26,288 nucleotides of DNA from Snowella sp. Lineage in GTDB: Bacteria > Cyanobacteriota > Cyanobacteriia > Cyanobacteriales > Microcystaceae. Positions 16,901 to 26,288 of this stretch are shown piece by piece. The notes beneath the pieces are model-generated. The model was not told where the DNA came from. It did no database searches and saw nothing but the letters and a program-made list of their open reading frames with translations. Both the position numbers and the translations under genes were made by a program. The DNA is taken from positions 1 through 26,288 of the forward strand of contig JAYKGY010000004.1 of assembly GCA_035285545.1 (NCBI GenBank), in the 5' to 3' direction. Every line of letters starts with the position of its first letter. Position 1 is the stretch's first letter.

Positions 16901-17800
16901 TTATTGACCTTCGACAATATAGGTCTGAATATTCCGCACCGCTTGAATGGCATAGTAATCATTGGGACGTTCTTTTAACGCTCTTTGAAAATTAATTAAA
17001 GCCGTCTGATAGTCTTCCCGTTCCGTTGCATCATAGCCGATTCGCATATAGCGGTCATAATCGGATTCCGTTGCCGTCGTATTACTGCGGGTGCTTTTCG
17101 TGGACGCATCCATGGCATTCCAATAGGCGATAGTGGCATAGCGATCGCGGGGATTTTCGGCTAAAGCACTCCGAAAATAGTTGGCTGCCGTTTGATAGTC
17201 GCCGCGTTGTTGGGCTGCGTAACCCAATCTCAAATAACGATTGTAAGGAGACTCTAGAGGATAAGCAACCGTGGGCGGCAAAGGATCCCGTGCAACCGGC
17301 TTCCCCTGACCGCGAGTGAGGTAGGTCTGCACATTGCGAAAAGCTTGGGTGGCATAATAATCCCCTGAACGCTCTTCTAAAGCCCGTTTAAAGTTATCCA
17401 AAGCCGTTGAATAATCCTTGAGATCCGTAGCATCATAGCCTGCCGTCATATAGCGATCATAATCGGTTAGCGGCTGAGATACGGCCTGGTTAGTCTGATG
17501 ACTCCTAGCATTTCTCGCATTCCAATAGGCAATGGTGGCAGCGCGATCATTCGGACGTTCATAGAGAGCGTTTCTAAAATATAAAATGGCAGTCTCCGCT
17601 TCACCTCTTTGATAGGCCGCGTAACCTAACCGCATGTATTGGCTGTAGGGAGTTTCGGTTGTTTGGTTCGGTGCCACCGTTGGGCTAGGGGGGATCGTGG
17701 GAACCGTTGGCTGAGCCTGTAGGTGTTGGGACGGAATGAAGACACTTAAGCCTAAACCCAACATAAAAGAGTATGTTTTTACCGAATTCGTCATTTTCAT
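16901..17800 (-). CDS. Exported tetratricopeptide-repeat protein
   Basis: Signal-like N-terminus, Pro/Thr linker, four Y..YM..GY.A....DY.TA...F..AL.ERP.D..A repeats. Confidence 0.85.
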   Translation of the reverse strand: MKMTNSVKTYSFMLGLGLSVFIPSQHLQAQPTVPTIPPSPTVAPNQTTETPYSQYMRLGYAAYQRGEAETAILYFRNALYERPNDRAATIAYWNARNARSHQTNQAVSQPLTDYDRYMTAGYDATDLKDYSTALDNFKRALEERSGDYYATQAFRNVQTYLTRGQGKPVARDPLPPTVAYPLESPYNRYLRLGYAAQQRGDYQTAANYFRSALAENPRDRYATIAYWNAMDASTKSTRSNTTATESDYDRYMRIGYDATEREDYQTALINFQRALKERPNDYYAIQAVRNIQTYIVEGQ

Positions 17801-18200
17801 AGTCTTATCCTTTTTCCAATCATCACTTCACAACAAATCGTCAGGGTCAGTCCGAATCCTATAAATTGATGGCAATTAAGATTGGCTACTGTTTTTAACT
17901 GCATTAACTAACTTAACCATGACAGATTGATGCCGCTAGGCTCCTCCTCCAGAAGTTAGAAATATTTTTGAAAAAAGAAAGATTTTTAGCCTGTTAAGCT
18001 GTTAAGGGTTTAAATTCCAGCACTTTACGTCTTTAGATATGTTTTTTTAACCACTCAGTAAGACAAATTCTTCTGAGCTAATTTTTGGGCTTAGCAATAG
18101 TAAATTAAGTGATTGATTTTAAATCATTCACACACATTGACATTAAATACTTAGTCTCTGATTTTAACGATATTGACGGTTTATTAAGATTTTTTGGTTA

Positions 18201-18392
18201 TTAGGAAAGTTGACTGAAATGAGCAATACAGTTTCCCATCAGAAAATAAACCACTAACATTGCCGCAGCAGCGAGTGCGACCAAGGTTCCCGCCAACATC
18301 AGGGAAAACTCTTGTTCCTCAAAAGCTTGTTGCATTAGATGTAGAGACCAAGCAACTAAAGCTACATCAAATATGAGAATCGGCACCAGCAT
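18201..18392 (-). CDS. Small two-TM membrane protein (resembles a conserved cyanobacterial hypothetical protein)
   Basis: 63 aa with two hydrophobic helices (ILIFDVALVAWSLHLM; FSLMLAGTLVALAAAAMLVVYFLM) in an otherwise intergenic AT-rich gap downstream of hisF. Confidence 0.75.
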   Translation of the reverse strand: MLVPILIFDVALVAWSLHLMQQAFEEQEFSLMLAGTLVALAAAAMLVVYFLMGNCIAHFSQLS

Positions 18393-18487
18393 ATATTAAA
18401 AATTGTTAACTTTATTTCTATTTTAATACAATTTATGAACATAGCAAGGGGGCAAGTCAGAACTTAAGATTTTCTCTAGATCTGGGG

Positions 18488-19258
18488 TTAGGTCGGTCGG
18501 ACGGGAACTTGGTGCGCCTGTAAATAGGCTTTAACTTCTGCAATGGTTAATTGTCTGTAATGTAACAAGGATGCTAACAAGGCGGCTTCGGCTTTGCCTT
18601 CGGTGAGAGCTTGATAAATATGTTCACAATTACCGGCTCCACCGGATGCGATCACGGGAATCTCTACCTGTTGGGCAATGGTTGAGGTTAGCTCTAGGTC
18701 ATAGCCTGCTTGGGTTCCGTCTGCGTCCATACTGGTAACTAATAATTCTCCTGCGCCCCGTTGAGCCATTTCTTTGGCCCAGGCGATCGCGTCAATGCCC
18801 GTATTTTCTCTCCCTCCCCGCACATAGACATCCCAACCAGGATTTTCTGGATCGTTTCTGCGTCTGGCATCGATGGCGACCACAATACAAGACACCCCAA
18901 AGCGATCGCTGGCTTGATTAATCAGATCAGGATTACGAACGGCGGCGGAATTAATACTGACCTTATCGGCTCCGGCTCTTAACAAATTTTTAATATTCTC
19001 TAAGGATTGGATTCCCCCCCCGACGGTTAAAGGAATAAAGACTTCTTCGGCTGTCCGATAGACCACATCGAGAATCGTATCCCGTCCTTCATGGGTTGCC
19101 GTAATATCGAGAAAAACCAACTCATCCGCCCCTGCTTCGTTATACAAACGCGCTAGCTCAACCGGATCGCCTGCATCCTTAAGATCAACGAAATTTACGC
19201 CCTTAACAACACGGCCAGCATTGACATCTAAACACGGTAAAATTCTTTTGGCTAACAT
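18488..19258 (-). CDS. hisF: Imidazole glycerol phosphate synthase subunit HisF
   Basis: [60 protein letters not shown]. Confidence 0.98.
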   Translation of the reverse strand: MLAKRILPCLDVNAGRVVKGVNFVDLKDAGDPVELARLYNEAGADELVFLDITATHEGRDTILDVVYRTAEEVFIPLTVGGGIQSLENIKNLLRAGADKVSINSAAVRNPDLINQASDRFGVSCIVVAIDARRRNDPENPGWDVYVRGGRENTGIDAIAWAKEMAQRGAGELLVTSMDADGTQAGYDLELTSTIAQQVEIPVIASGGAGNCEHIYQALTEGKAEAALLASLLHYRQLTIAEVKAYLQAHQVPVRPT

Positions 19259-19393
19259 AGCAATTGTATTAGTGGCAACTTTAAGGGTAGGCTAACGGTA
19301 ATTTTTCTAGAAATTGTCACAAAATAGTGTGAAATCCAGATTGGATAATAACATTAAATCCGTCTCTTCCCTAATCTGAAGAAAATCTCAAAA

Positions 19394-20821
19394 ATGAGCA
19401 ATAATTTACCCAACCCATTTCTCAGTCTTCCCTACGAACCCGCGATAGAAAGTTTAGGTAATGAATATTTTGATGTTGTTGAAGCAGCCCAGTTTCCCCA
19501 GCATTTACTCCGTTTTCGCAATGATGCTTTGCTACCGAAACTCGGATTAGACCCCCAAGTCGTTACCGATGACCAGTTTATTGAAGCCTTTGGCCAATTT
19601 CAGGGAGTTCGGCCCTTTTTATCGCTACGCTATCATGGCTATCAATTTGGAACCTATAACCCGTTTTTAGGAGATGGTCGGGGATTTCTCTATGGTCAGG
19701 TGTGGGGAACCGATGGGCAACTCTACGATTTTGGGACAAAAGGATCGGGAAGAACGCCCTATTCTCGTACTGCTGACGGTAGATTGACCTTAAAAGGGGG
19801 AGTCAGAGAAGTTTTGGCAGCCGAAGCGTTACATTCCTTGGGAGTTAATACATCCCGTTGTCTGAGTTTAGTAGAAACAGGGGAAGCTCTCTGGCGTGGT
19901 GATGAACCGTCTCCGACTCGATCTTCGGTGATGATTCGCTTTAGCCGTTCCCATATTCGTTTTGGAACGTTTGAACGCTTGCACTACATTAAACGGGCGG
20001 ATCTGATTGCTCCCTTACTGGATCACGTCATTGGTCTTTATTATCCAGAGGTTCCTGCCGACAGCAGCGATCGCTATAGTTTGTTTTATCGAGAGTTAGT
20101 CAAACGGGTGGCAAGTTTGGCTGCCCAGTGGATGGCGGCGGGTTTCTGTCATGGGGTTTTAAATACGGATAATATGTCGATTACGGGCGAAAGTTTTGAT
20201 TATGGCCCCTATGCGTTTATTCCCACCTATGATCCTCGTTTTACGGCGGCCTATTTTGACAATGGTGGACGCTATTGTTATGAGAATCAACCGTTAATTT
20301 GTCGATTGAATTTGGAATTGTTACAACTTCCCTTAGCAATGGTTATTCCTGCCTCAGCGTTAACATCAGCCTTAGAAGACTTTGAAGTGCTTTACCATCA
20401 TGCTTATCAAGCAAAAATGCTACAAAAATTAGGGCTACCGAGTTCAGGAATTGCGAATGCAAAAGCGTTAATTGTCCAAACGATTCAGGTTTTACAGGAC
20501 AGTCAAGTGGGTTACCATCAATTTTTTAGGGATTTAGCCGAAAATTTTAACTTAGGATGGCGAGAGGATGGGACAACAATTTTAGAAAATAGCGTGTTAG
20601 AAAAGGCTGATTGGCCTGCTTGGCAAAATTTATACCATTTAGCATTAAGTTCCTTACCGATGGATGAGTTTATCCAGGTCGGTGATCGCTTAAAAGATGC
20701 TAATCCGAAAACTACCTTATTACGTCCGGTCATTGAAGACGTTTGGGCGGCGATCGCTAATGAAAATAACTGGAAACCCTTTGATGAATTAATCCAGCAA
20801 CTCCAAACAGCACCCAATTAA
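19394..20821 (+). CDS. selO: Protein adenylyltransferase SelO / YdiU (UPF0061)
   Basis: YHGYQFG...[38 protein letters not shown]...SFDYGP. Confidence 0.93.
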   Translation: MSNNLPNPFLSLPYEPAIESLGNEYFDVVEAAQFPQHLLRFRNDALLPKLGLDPQVVTDDQFIEAFGQFQGVRPFLSLRYHGYQFGTYNPFLGDGRGFLYGQVWGTDGQLYDFGTKGSGRTPYSRTADGRLTLKGGVREVLAAEALHSLGVNTSRCLSLVETGEALWRGDEPSPTRSSVMIRFSRSHIRFGTFERLHYIKRADLIAPLLDHVIGLYYPEVPADSSDRYSLFYRELVKRVASLAAQWMAAGFCHGVLNTDNMSITGESFDYGPYAFIPTYDPRFTAAYFDNGGRYCYENQPLICRLNLELLQLPLAMVIPASALTSALEDFEVLYHHAYQAKMLQKLGLPSSGIANAKALIVQTIQVLQDSQVGYHQFFRDLAENFNLGWREDGTTILENSVLEKADWPAWQNLYHLALSSLPMDEFIQVGDRLKDANPKTTLLRPVIEDVWAAIANENNWKPFDELIQQLQTAPN

Positions 20822-20858
20822 GTAATAAATCAGGAGAAAATTGAGATTCGACCTCCGA

Positions 20859-21803
20859 TTATTTTGATGAAGGGGAATTGGCAGGACGCAAGAAATGGGA
20901 AGAATGAGAAGATTGCTCGACTAATTGAATGAATTGTTCAACCGCTGCATTGTAACGTTCATCCCCCACCGAGGAGACATTATTATGCTCAGCTTCAGGA
21001 ATTAAGAGGAGTTGTTTAGGAGCGGTAGCCGTTTCAAATAAGGTCTGACTCATGGCCGCCGGAACGGTGCTGTCTTGTTTTCCGTGAATGAAAAGAAGGG
21101 GCATTTTTAATCGAGGTACTTTCTTCAAGGAATCAAAGCGTTGGTGTAGCACGAAGTCGATGGGCAACCATCGGTAACGAGGTTCTAACTCCGCCATCTG
21201 TTTTAACGAGGTAAACGTACTTTCCACAATCACTCCTGCGGCTTGGGGTTGACGGACGGCTAAATCAATCGCGATCGCGCCACCGAGGGAATGGCCATAA
21301 ATAAAAATATTTTCAGGAGCAATCTTGCGTTCTTGAACCAGATAATTCCAAGCGATTTGGGCATCTTGATAAACCCGTGCTTCAGTGGGAAAGGCTCCGA
21401 CACTGCGCCCGTAACCTCGATAATCAATCAGCAGCACCGAAAAACCCAGTTTTTGATAACGTTTAGCCCGTCCTATATTACTGCTAATATTGCCACCATT
21501 ACCATGCAAATAGAGTAAAACTTTTTCATTTTTGGGAGTTTTATGGGAACGAGGAATCCACCAGGCATGAATTTTTTCCGTAGATGATGGATTGTCCCCT
21601 ACCGGCAGCCAGATCTCTTGGTACGTTAAACCCACATCGGCAGGGGTTCCTTCCATTTGGGCACTGGGGACGAAAATGAGGCGATTTTGTCCGACCCATA
21701 GACTGATACAAATCCCTAAGTAGGCGACCGCGCCCAAGCTAACTCCACTGATTAACAATTTACTTAACCAAGCAAAAGGCATAAAAGCTGATTTTTGAAG
21801 CAA
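20859..21803 (-). CDS. Membrane-anchored alpha/beta hydrolase (BEM46/ABHD13-like)
   Basis: HGNGGN, DYRGYGRS, GHSLGG nucleophile, HGKQDSTVP, AEHN. Alternative ATG at 21782. Confidence 0.9.
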   Translation of the reverse strand: MLQKSAFMPFAWLSKLLISGVSLGAVAYLGICISLWVGQNRLIFVPSAQMEGTPADVGLTYQEIWLPVGDNPSSTEKIHAWWIPRSHKTPKNEKVLLYLHGNGGNISSNIGRAKRYQKLGFSVLLIDYRGYGRSVGAFPTEARVYQDAQIAWNYLVQERKIAPENIFIYGHSLGGAIAIDLAVRQPQAAGVIVESTFTSLKQMAELEPRYRWLPIDFVLHQRFDSLKKVPRLKMPLLFIHGKQDSTVPAAMSQTLFETATAPKQLLLIPEAEHNNVSSVGDERYNAAVEQFIQLVEQSSHSSHFLRPANSPSSK

Positions 21804-22013
21804 TTTAAGCTAGCCATGATGCTAACATACCCCTTAACGTTTTCTAGAGAACTTTCTGATCCCCAATCGCGTCATTGCCAAGCAGCATTAACCAACTTTT
21901 ACGGAACTCGATTAGAATGAGGACTATTAAAAGTCAGGATAATGGCTAGTATCTGTGGTGTCAGACTCGGAAATCCTAAATCTTCCGCTAGTCTTAAATT
22001 GTGAGGAGTAACA

Positions 22014-22604
22014 ATGTCTTATTGGGTTCAACAACGGATCAAGTGTCTGCAAACTGCTTTTAGTGAGGAATATTGTCAGGCGATCGCGGAAGTAACCAAC
22101 GTGATGGTACGCCAATTACGGTTGGGAAAAAAATTATTAATCTGTGGTAATGGGGGATCGGCTTCCGATGCTCAGCATATTGCGGCAGAATTTGTGGGAC
22201 GTTTCCATCTTAACCGTCAAGCGTTACCGGCGATCGCCTTAACCACCAATACTTCAACCCTAACAGCAGTGAGTAACGATTACAGCTTTGATATTGTCTT
22301 TTCTCGTCAAGTTGAAGCCTTTGGACAACCCGGCGATATTCTATGGGGGTTATCGACCTCTGGCAAATCCTCGAATGTTCTCCATGCCCTCAAACGGGCG
22401 AAAGATTTAGGCTTAATTACCATCGGGATGGCGGGTCATAAAGGCGGTTTATTCCAAGAATTTGTTGATTTCCCTTTATTTGTTGCTGAAAAAAATACGC
22501 CCTATATTCAAGAAATCCATCTCATCACCTACCATCAAATTTGTGAGCAGGTAGAAGCGCAACTTTTTGCAAAAGCAGGATTAGAGGCACAATTTGCGGT
22601 TTAA
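22014..22604 (+). CDS. gmhA: Phosphoheptose (sedoheptulose-7-phosphate) isomerase
   Basis: CGNGGSASDAQHIAAEFVGRF, TAVSNDY, LSTSGKS.NV, IQEIH. Confidence 0.95.
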   Translation: MSYWVQQRIKCLQTAFSEEYCQAIAEVTNVMVRQLRLGKKLLICGNGGSASDAQHIAAEFVGRFHLNRQALPAIALTTNTSTLTAVSNDYSFDIVFSRQVEAFGQPGDILWGLSTSGKSSNVLHALKRAKDLGLITIGMAGHKGGLFQEFVDFPLFVAEKNTPYIQEIHLITYHQICEQVEAQLFAKAGLEAQFAV

Positions 22605-22667
22605 TACTCATTAAATATCAAGAAAATTCTCAGGAAAATTTTAAAATTTTTCTGATTGTAAATTGCC

Positions 22668-24401
22668 ATGCCTGACATGAATCAACCGGCTCCAGCCTTA
22701 AAAAAAGCGTTGTTTTTGGATCGGGATGGGGTTGTAGTTAACTATATCCCCTATCTTAGCCAACCTGAACAAGTGCAAATTCCTTCTGGGGCAGGTCAGG
22801 CATTAAAACAATGGCAAGATGCCGGCTACCTCCTAATTGTGATTACTAATCAGGCAGGAGTCGGTCGGGGTTACTTTACCCTAGACGATGTGGAAGCTGT
22901 TCATCATTGTATTCGCCAAAAATATCAGGATTTTGGGGTAAAATTTGATGCTTTCTTTCTCTGTCCCCACCATCCCGACGATCAATGTCAATGCCGTAAG
23001 CCATCTCCTTATCTACTGCAAACGGCTGCCCAACAGTATGGGATTAACTTAGCGGACTCTTTCTTTTTAGGGGATGCCCCCAGTGACCTAGAAGCCGCGA
23101 TCGCCGCAGGTTGCCAACCACTTTTAGTGCTAACAGGTCGGGGTCAAGAAACCTTAGCCAAGATCGAGCAATATTCCGTTAAAGTTCCGGTTTTTGAGCA
23201 AGTAAAAGATACAGTTAATTTACTTCAGTTATCAAAGCAGGAAAAAGCGCGATCGCCCCTATTTATTTCCTTGATCCCTAACTTAATGGGCGGTGAAGGC
23301 CATATTATTCCCTATCACGAAGCCGTGAGCCAGGCAGTAAAAAAACTGAATTGGGACTATCAGGCTATTATGCCAATCCATCCAGGCAATCAGAATCTCC
23401 CCCAAGATTGGAATGCTTGTTTACTCGATACGGATTTAGAAGCCGAAGGCAGGGGTTTAGAAAAATTATTAAGGATCAAAGAAGCCTACGCCTTGGGAGT
23501 AAGTATTGCTAATTACTTTCGTCAACATCAAAAATCAGACCGTCCTACCATTATTTTTCTGGAAAGATTTATTCATTTACAATTATTTTCTTTAACGATT
23601 GCGCTTTATTTAATTCCTAAGAATAACTTGCAAGTTTGGTTACTCTATCGTCGGGATGTTCATCAAGATAAAACTCGCTTTATTTATAAATTTTTACACC
23701 AAATTATTCACAAGCTTTTGCCCGATAATCAGTTACGGTTTTTAACGGATAGCGACTTTTTAGCCCATTCCTTATCAAACTATTTTCAAGAAAAAATGAC
23801 GGTAATGCCGATTCCCCACACAAAGATTCATTGTCCAGACAAAGCATTTAATCTAGATAATCAAATTTACTGTTGGTGGCCAGGTTCACCCCGCTTAGAA
23901 AAAGGCTGGGACACCTTAAAAGCAATTACTCAAGCAAAAGTTCAATCAGGTCATAAAATTTGTTTAATTGCGGCGGAGAATGCGAATTTTACAGAAGCCA
24001 AAGATGGGATAAAAATTAAAGCAGTTAAAAATAATTTAACTCGTGATGAGTATACGACTTGGCTATGCCTGAGCGATATTATTTTATTACCCTATGATGC
24101 TGATGCCTATAAAGAGAGAACCTCCGGCATTTTCACAGAATGTATTATTGCAGGAAAAATTCCGTTGGTAACTCCCCATACTTGGATGGCAGAGGAATTA
24201 AAAAACTATCAGCTAGAAGCCCTAATTATTGACTGGAAAGATCCGCAAATCGTTTGCAATACTATTTTAACTGTGATGGCTAGTCCTGATATTAAAAATC
24301 AAATTTTAGCTATGCAAAAAAACTTTAAGCAATTTCACAATTCAGGCACCTACGCTGACACCCTAAAACAGATTTTTTTTGAAACAAAGCAAAGCAGTTA
24401 A
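22668..24401 (+). CDS. gmhB: Fusion of heptose-1,7-bisphosphate phosphatase (GmhB, HAD) and a C-terminal glycosyltransferase-like domain
   Basis: FLDRDGV, ITNQAGVGRG, CPHHP...CQCRKP, GD..SD in residues 1-190. C-terminal PRLEKG and DIILLPY...Y..RTSGIFTECIIAGKIP resemble GT-B/GT4. Confidence 0.82.
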   Translation: MPDMNQPAPALKKALFLDRDGVVVNYIPYLSQPEQVQIPSGAGQALKQWQDAGYLLIVITNQAGVGRGYFTLDDVEAVHHCIRQKYQDFGVKFDAFFLCPHHPDDQCQCRKPSPYLLQTAAQQYGINLADSFFLGDAPSDLEAAIAAGCQPLLVLTGRGQETLAKIEQYSVKVPVFEQVKDTVNLLQLSKQEKARSPLFISLIPNLMGGEGHIIPYHEAVSQAVKKLNWDYQAIMPIHPGNQNLPQDWNACLLDTDLEAEGRGLEKLLRIKEAYALGVSIANYFRQHQKSDRPTIIFLERFIHLQLFSLTIALYLIPKNNLQVWLLYRRDVHQDKTRFIYKFLHQIIHKLLPDNQLRFLTDSDFLAHSLSNYFQEKMTVMPIPHTKIHCPDKAFNLDNQIYCWWPGSPRLEKGWDTLKAITQAKVQSGHKICLIAAENANFTEAKDGIKIKAVKNNLTRDEYTTWLCLSDIILLPYDADAYKERTSGIFTECIIAGKIPLVTPHTWMAEELKNYQLEALIIDWKDPQIVCNTILTVMASPDIKNQILAMQKNFKQFHNSGTYADTLKQIFFETKQSS

Positions 24402-24452
24402 TAATTTCAAAAATAGAAACCTAACCGCTAACTTTTAAAGAGGAGCCAAAGA

Positions 24453-25805
24453 TTAACCGTGTATATCAGGATTATCGTTAGGTAAATCGGCTACTTTCTC
24501 TAAAATCGTTTCTTCGGATGTGGCTTCTCCCGATTCAGGATGACTAGTATCCTCTGGAGTTTGCTCATTACTATCTTCACTAGATTCAGTGGTAGGCGAA
24601 TCTTCGTCGTTATTCACTGAATTGTCTGATATGTCTTGTTCTTGTTCATAGGAAATCGTTTCGACAGCGGCTTCAATTTGATAAATTTCAATAACGTCCT
24701 GATTATTTTCCTCATCTGGATTGTCATGAATAGTCGCAACCGTAATTTTTTCACTGAAAGATTGGGTTTCTATCTTGGTCGGTTCATATTCATTTGCTGT
24801 TTCTTCAAAACCTTCCGTTTCCCAATCTTCGTCGAGTTCGTCAGCCATTATAGCTTTATCGTTTTCTTCAATATCAACAGGAATTGGGTCAACTTCCGTG
24901 GTAATTTCTACTTTAGAGACTGTATTTTGAGGACTAGCTTCAATTTCAATGCCATCTTCTAAAGGCGAAGCAACGGGTTCAATTTTTTCTTCGACAATGT
25001 TATCAATTGGCTCTGAGGCGATCGCGGTTGTCTTATCTTGACGCTCTTCCCAATCGCTATCATCCTCATCCATTGTATCTAGAACCGAGGTAATACTTTC
25101 AGGTTTGGTTTGAGGTTGTTTTTTCCCAAAGAAACGGCTTAAAAAGTTGGGCTTTTTCGTTTCATTCGTTTTAGACGGCGTGGGAATGCTAGGCGGAGCC
25201 ACGGCAGGCGATTCCTCAACAGTTACATCCTCAACGGCATCGTTTATTTCATCCGTTTTTAGTGCAGGTTCAACATCAGCAATCATCGTTTCAGATTCGA
25301 TAATCTCTTCTTCTGGCATTTCTGCGACGGCTTCAATCTCTTCCGTTGGAAAACTAACTTGAGTAGGCAAAGGAACCCTATCGGCGATCGCGTCTGCAAC
25401 TGTTTCTACTTTCTCGTTTGTCTCCGTAACCACTTCAGGTTGAGGTTGGACAGGTGTGGTTGCTGTTGGCTTCACTTTAGCTTTCTTCTTGCTTAATCCG
25501 CCCCCAATCCAGTCGAGTAAAGAAAAAGTTTTAATATTAGGTATTTTTTCAGGATTCGCGATCGCCCCGCGTAGAGAAATCGTTTGCCACGTAAAAGAGA
25601 GAATTAACACAACAGCCGCCATTTGGCCTAATAAAACGCCGCCCGTTATTCTGCCCGCACAAACCCACAGGACTAAACCATAAAACAAGCCCACTCCGCT
25701 CCAGAGGAAATCATCTTTACGATGTAATTTGGGAGCAAAGAATGCCGAAAAGAAAAAGACAAGACTGGCGAGGACAATCGCGATCGCTAGAATATAGGCC
25801 AACAT
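24453..25805 (-). CDS. ycf66: Ycf66-family membrane protein with long acidic C-terminal tail
   Basis: N-terminal MLAYILA...FFAPKLHRKDDFLWSGVGLFYGLVLW.CAGRITG.VLLGQ, followed by an E/D/T/P-rich low-complexity tail. Confidence 0.8.
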   Translation of the reverse strand: MLAYILAIAIVLASLVFFFSAFFAPKLHRKDDFLWSGVGLFYGLVLWVCAGRITGGVLLGQMAAVVLILSFTWQTISLRGAIANPEKIPNIKTFSLLDWIGGGLSKKKAKVKPTATTPVQPQPEVVTETNEKVETVADAIADRVPLPTQVSFPTEEIEAVAEMPEEEIIESETMIADVEPALKTDEINDAVEDVTVEESPAVAPPSIPTPSKTNETKKPNFLSRFFGKKQPQTKPESITSVLDTMDEDDSDWEERQDKTTAIASEPIDNIVEEKIEPVASPLEDGIEIEASPQNTVSKVEITTEVDPIPVDIEENDKAIMADELDEDWETEGFEETANEYEPTKIETQSFSEKITVATIHDNPDEENNQDVIEIYQIEAAVETISYEQEQDISDNSVNNDEDSPTTESSEDSNEQTPEDTSHPESGEATSEETILEKVADLPNDNPDIHG

Positions 25806-26046
25806 GAAAGGGTTACTCCGTCGAGATTCCTCTTACCATTCTGAATCATCTTGTCCGTTCTGTTGCAGTTTTTTCCATCGATTAAAGTTTTGTAAAAGAC
25901 CACAACGTTAAAAAATATTGAATAAATTGCGAAAACGCATTAATCCACCTTCACAAACCCTTTCTAGTCTGCCAAGCAACTGTGCAACTTAAGTTAGAGC
26001 ACGTTATAGCAAGCCTTACCTAAGCGCTAGATACGTTCCCCTATTC

Positions 26047-26070
26047 ATATATATACAGATATATATACAG
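26047..26070 (+). repeat. Perfect 12-bp tandem duplication (ATATATATACAG x2)
   Basis: 26047-26058 is identical to 26059-26070. Confidence 0.9.
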
Positions 26071-26160
26071 AGAAAGTTAATCGCGATCGCCACTCCAAAA
26101 ACGACCATAGAATCAATCAAAACCCTAAAACCGTTGCGTAGAGGTGGTTGAAGGGAAGTT

Positions 26161-26288
26161 TAAAAAAAGATTTGAGAAAGGAGTTGACAGGCAGTGGAGT
26201 TCTGGGTATAGTAGTAAATGCGCGGTTGAGAGCGAGAGCCGAGAGCGCGCCCCGAACCTAGACAAATCAATAGTTTGAAGGTTATTAA
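26161..26288 (+). promoter_or_regulatory. Strong sigma70 promoter and leader, probably of an rRNA operon
   Basis: A-rich UP-like tract, TTGACA (26184-26189), 17-bp spacer, TATAGT (26207-26212), GC-rich start region, and boxA-like GAACCTAGACAA (26254-26265). The 16S gene itself is not in the window. Confidence 0.78.

Larger units (their letters stand above)
536..26090. repeat. HIP1 octamers (GCGATCGC), about 31 dispersed copies
   Basis: Examples at 536, 742, 1165, 2388, 3350, 4712, 9142, 10987, 13930, 17141, 20068, 23249, 26083 (counted by eye). Confidence 0.9.

Noticed and set aside
17801..18200. Possible sRNA or regulator site (CTGTTAAG x2 at 17991-18006)
   Set aside because: A short repeat in AT-rich DNA with no supporting hairpin or terminator; not distinguishable from chance.
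2006..20821. Ap4A phosphorylase and SelO as a joint nucleotide-signalling system
   Set aside because: They are about 16 kb apart, in unrelated transcription units, and both are ordinary cyanobacterial genes.
25806..26288. CRISPR leader/array or tRNA in the terminal intergenic region
   Set aside because: No regularly spaced repeats, no cas genes and no cloverleaf. The promoter and boxA-like motif fit an rRNA leader better.

Overview
Chromosomal window from a unicellular cyanobacterium. About 31 HIP1 octamers (GCGATCGC, counted by eye) and the CurT/NdhN/PsbD sequences suggest a Synechocystis-like Chroococcales strain. The backbone is housekeeping: 3' end of a stand-alone psbD copy, panB, chlM, Ap4A phosphorylase, ispG, a twin-domain aspartic protease, tmk, ndhN, curT, dual-domain PTPS/queD, a Na+/H+ antiporter, a TPR protein, hisF, selO/ydiU, an alpha/beta hydrolase, gmhA, a gmhB-glycosyltransferase fusion, ycf66, and a probable rRNA operon promoter/leader at the right edge. 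Two AT-rich accessory patches stand out. The first (5244-8730, HIP1-free) has a tightly coupled J-domain protein + tandem DNA-binding/HNH nuclease pair, a DUF6883/DUF4926-like pair, a truncated ORF, a dead IS5 element and an IS630 remnant. The second (13186-14578) has a RelE-like small gene overlapping a sensor-less Shedu/DUF4263-like nuclease, followed by DUF29. The J-domain/HNH pair and the RelE-like/Shedu pair are the best candidates for undescribed defence or toxin systems. All family calls come from motif recognition; no database searches were run.
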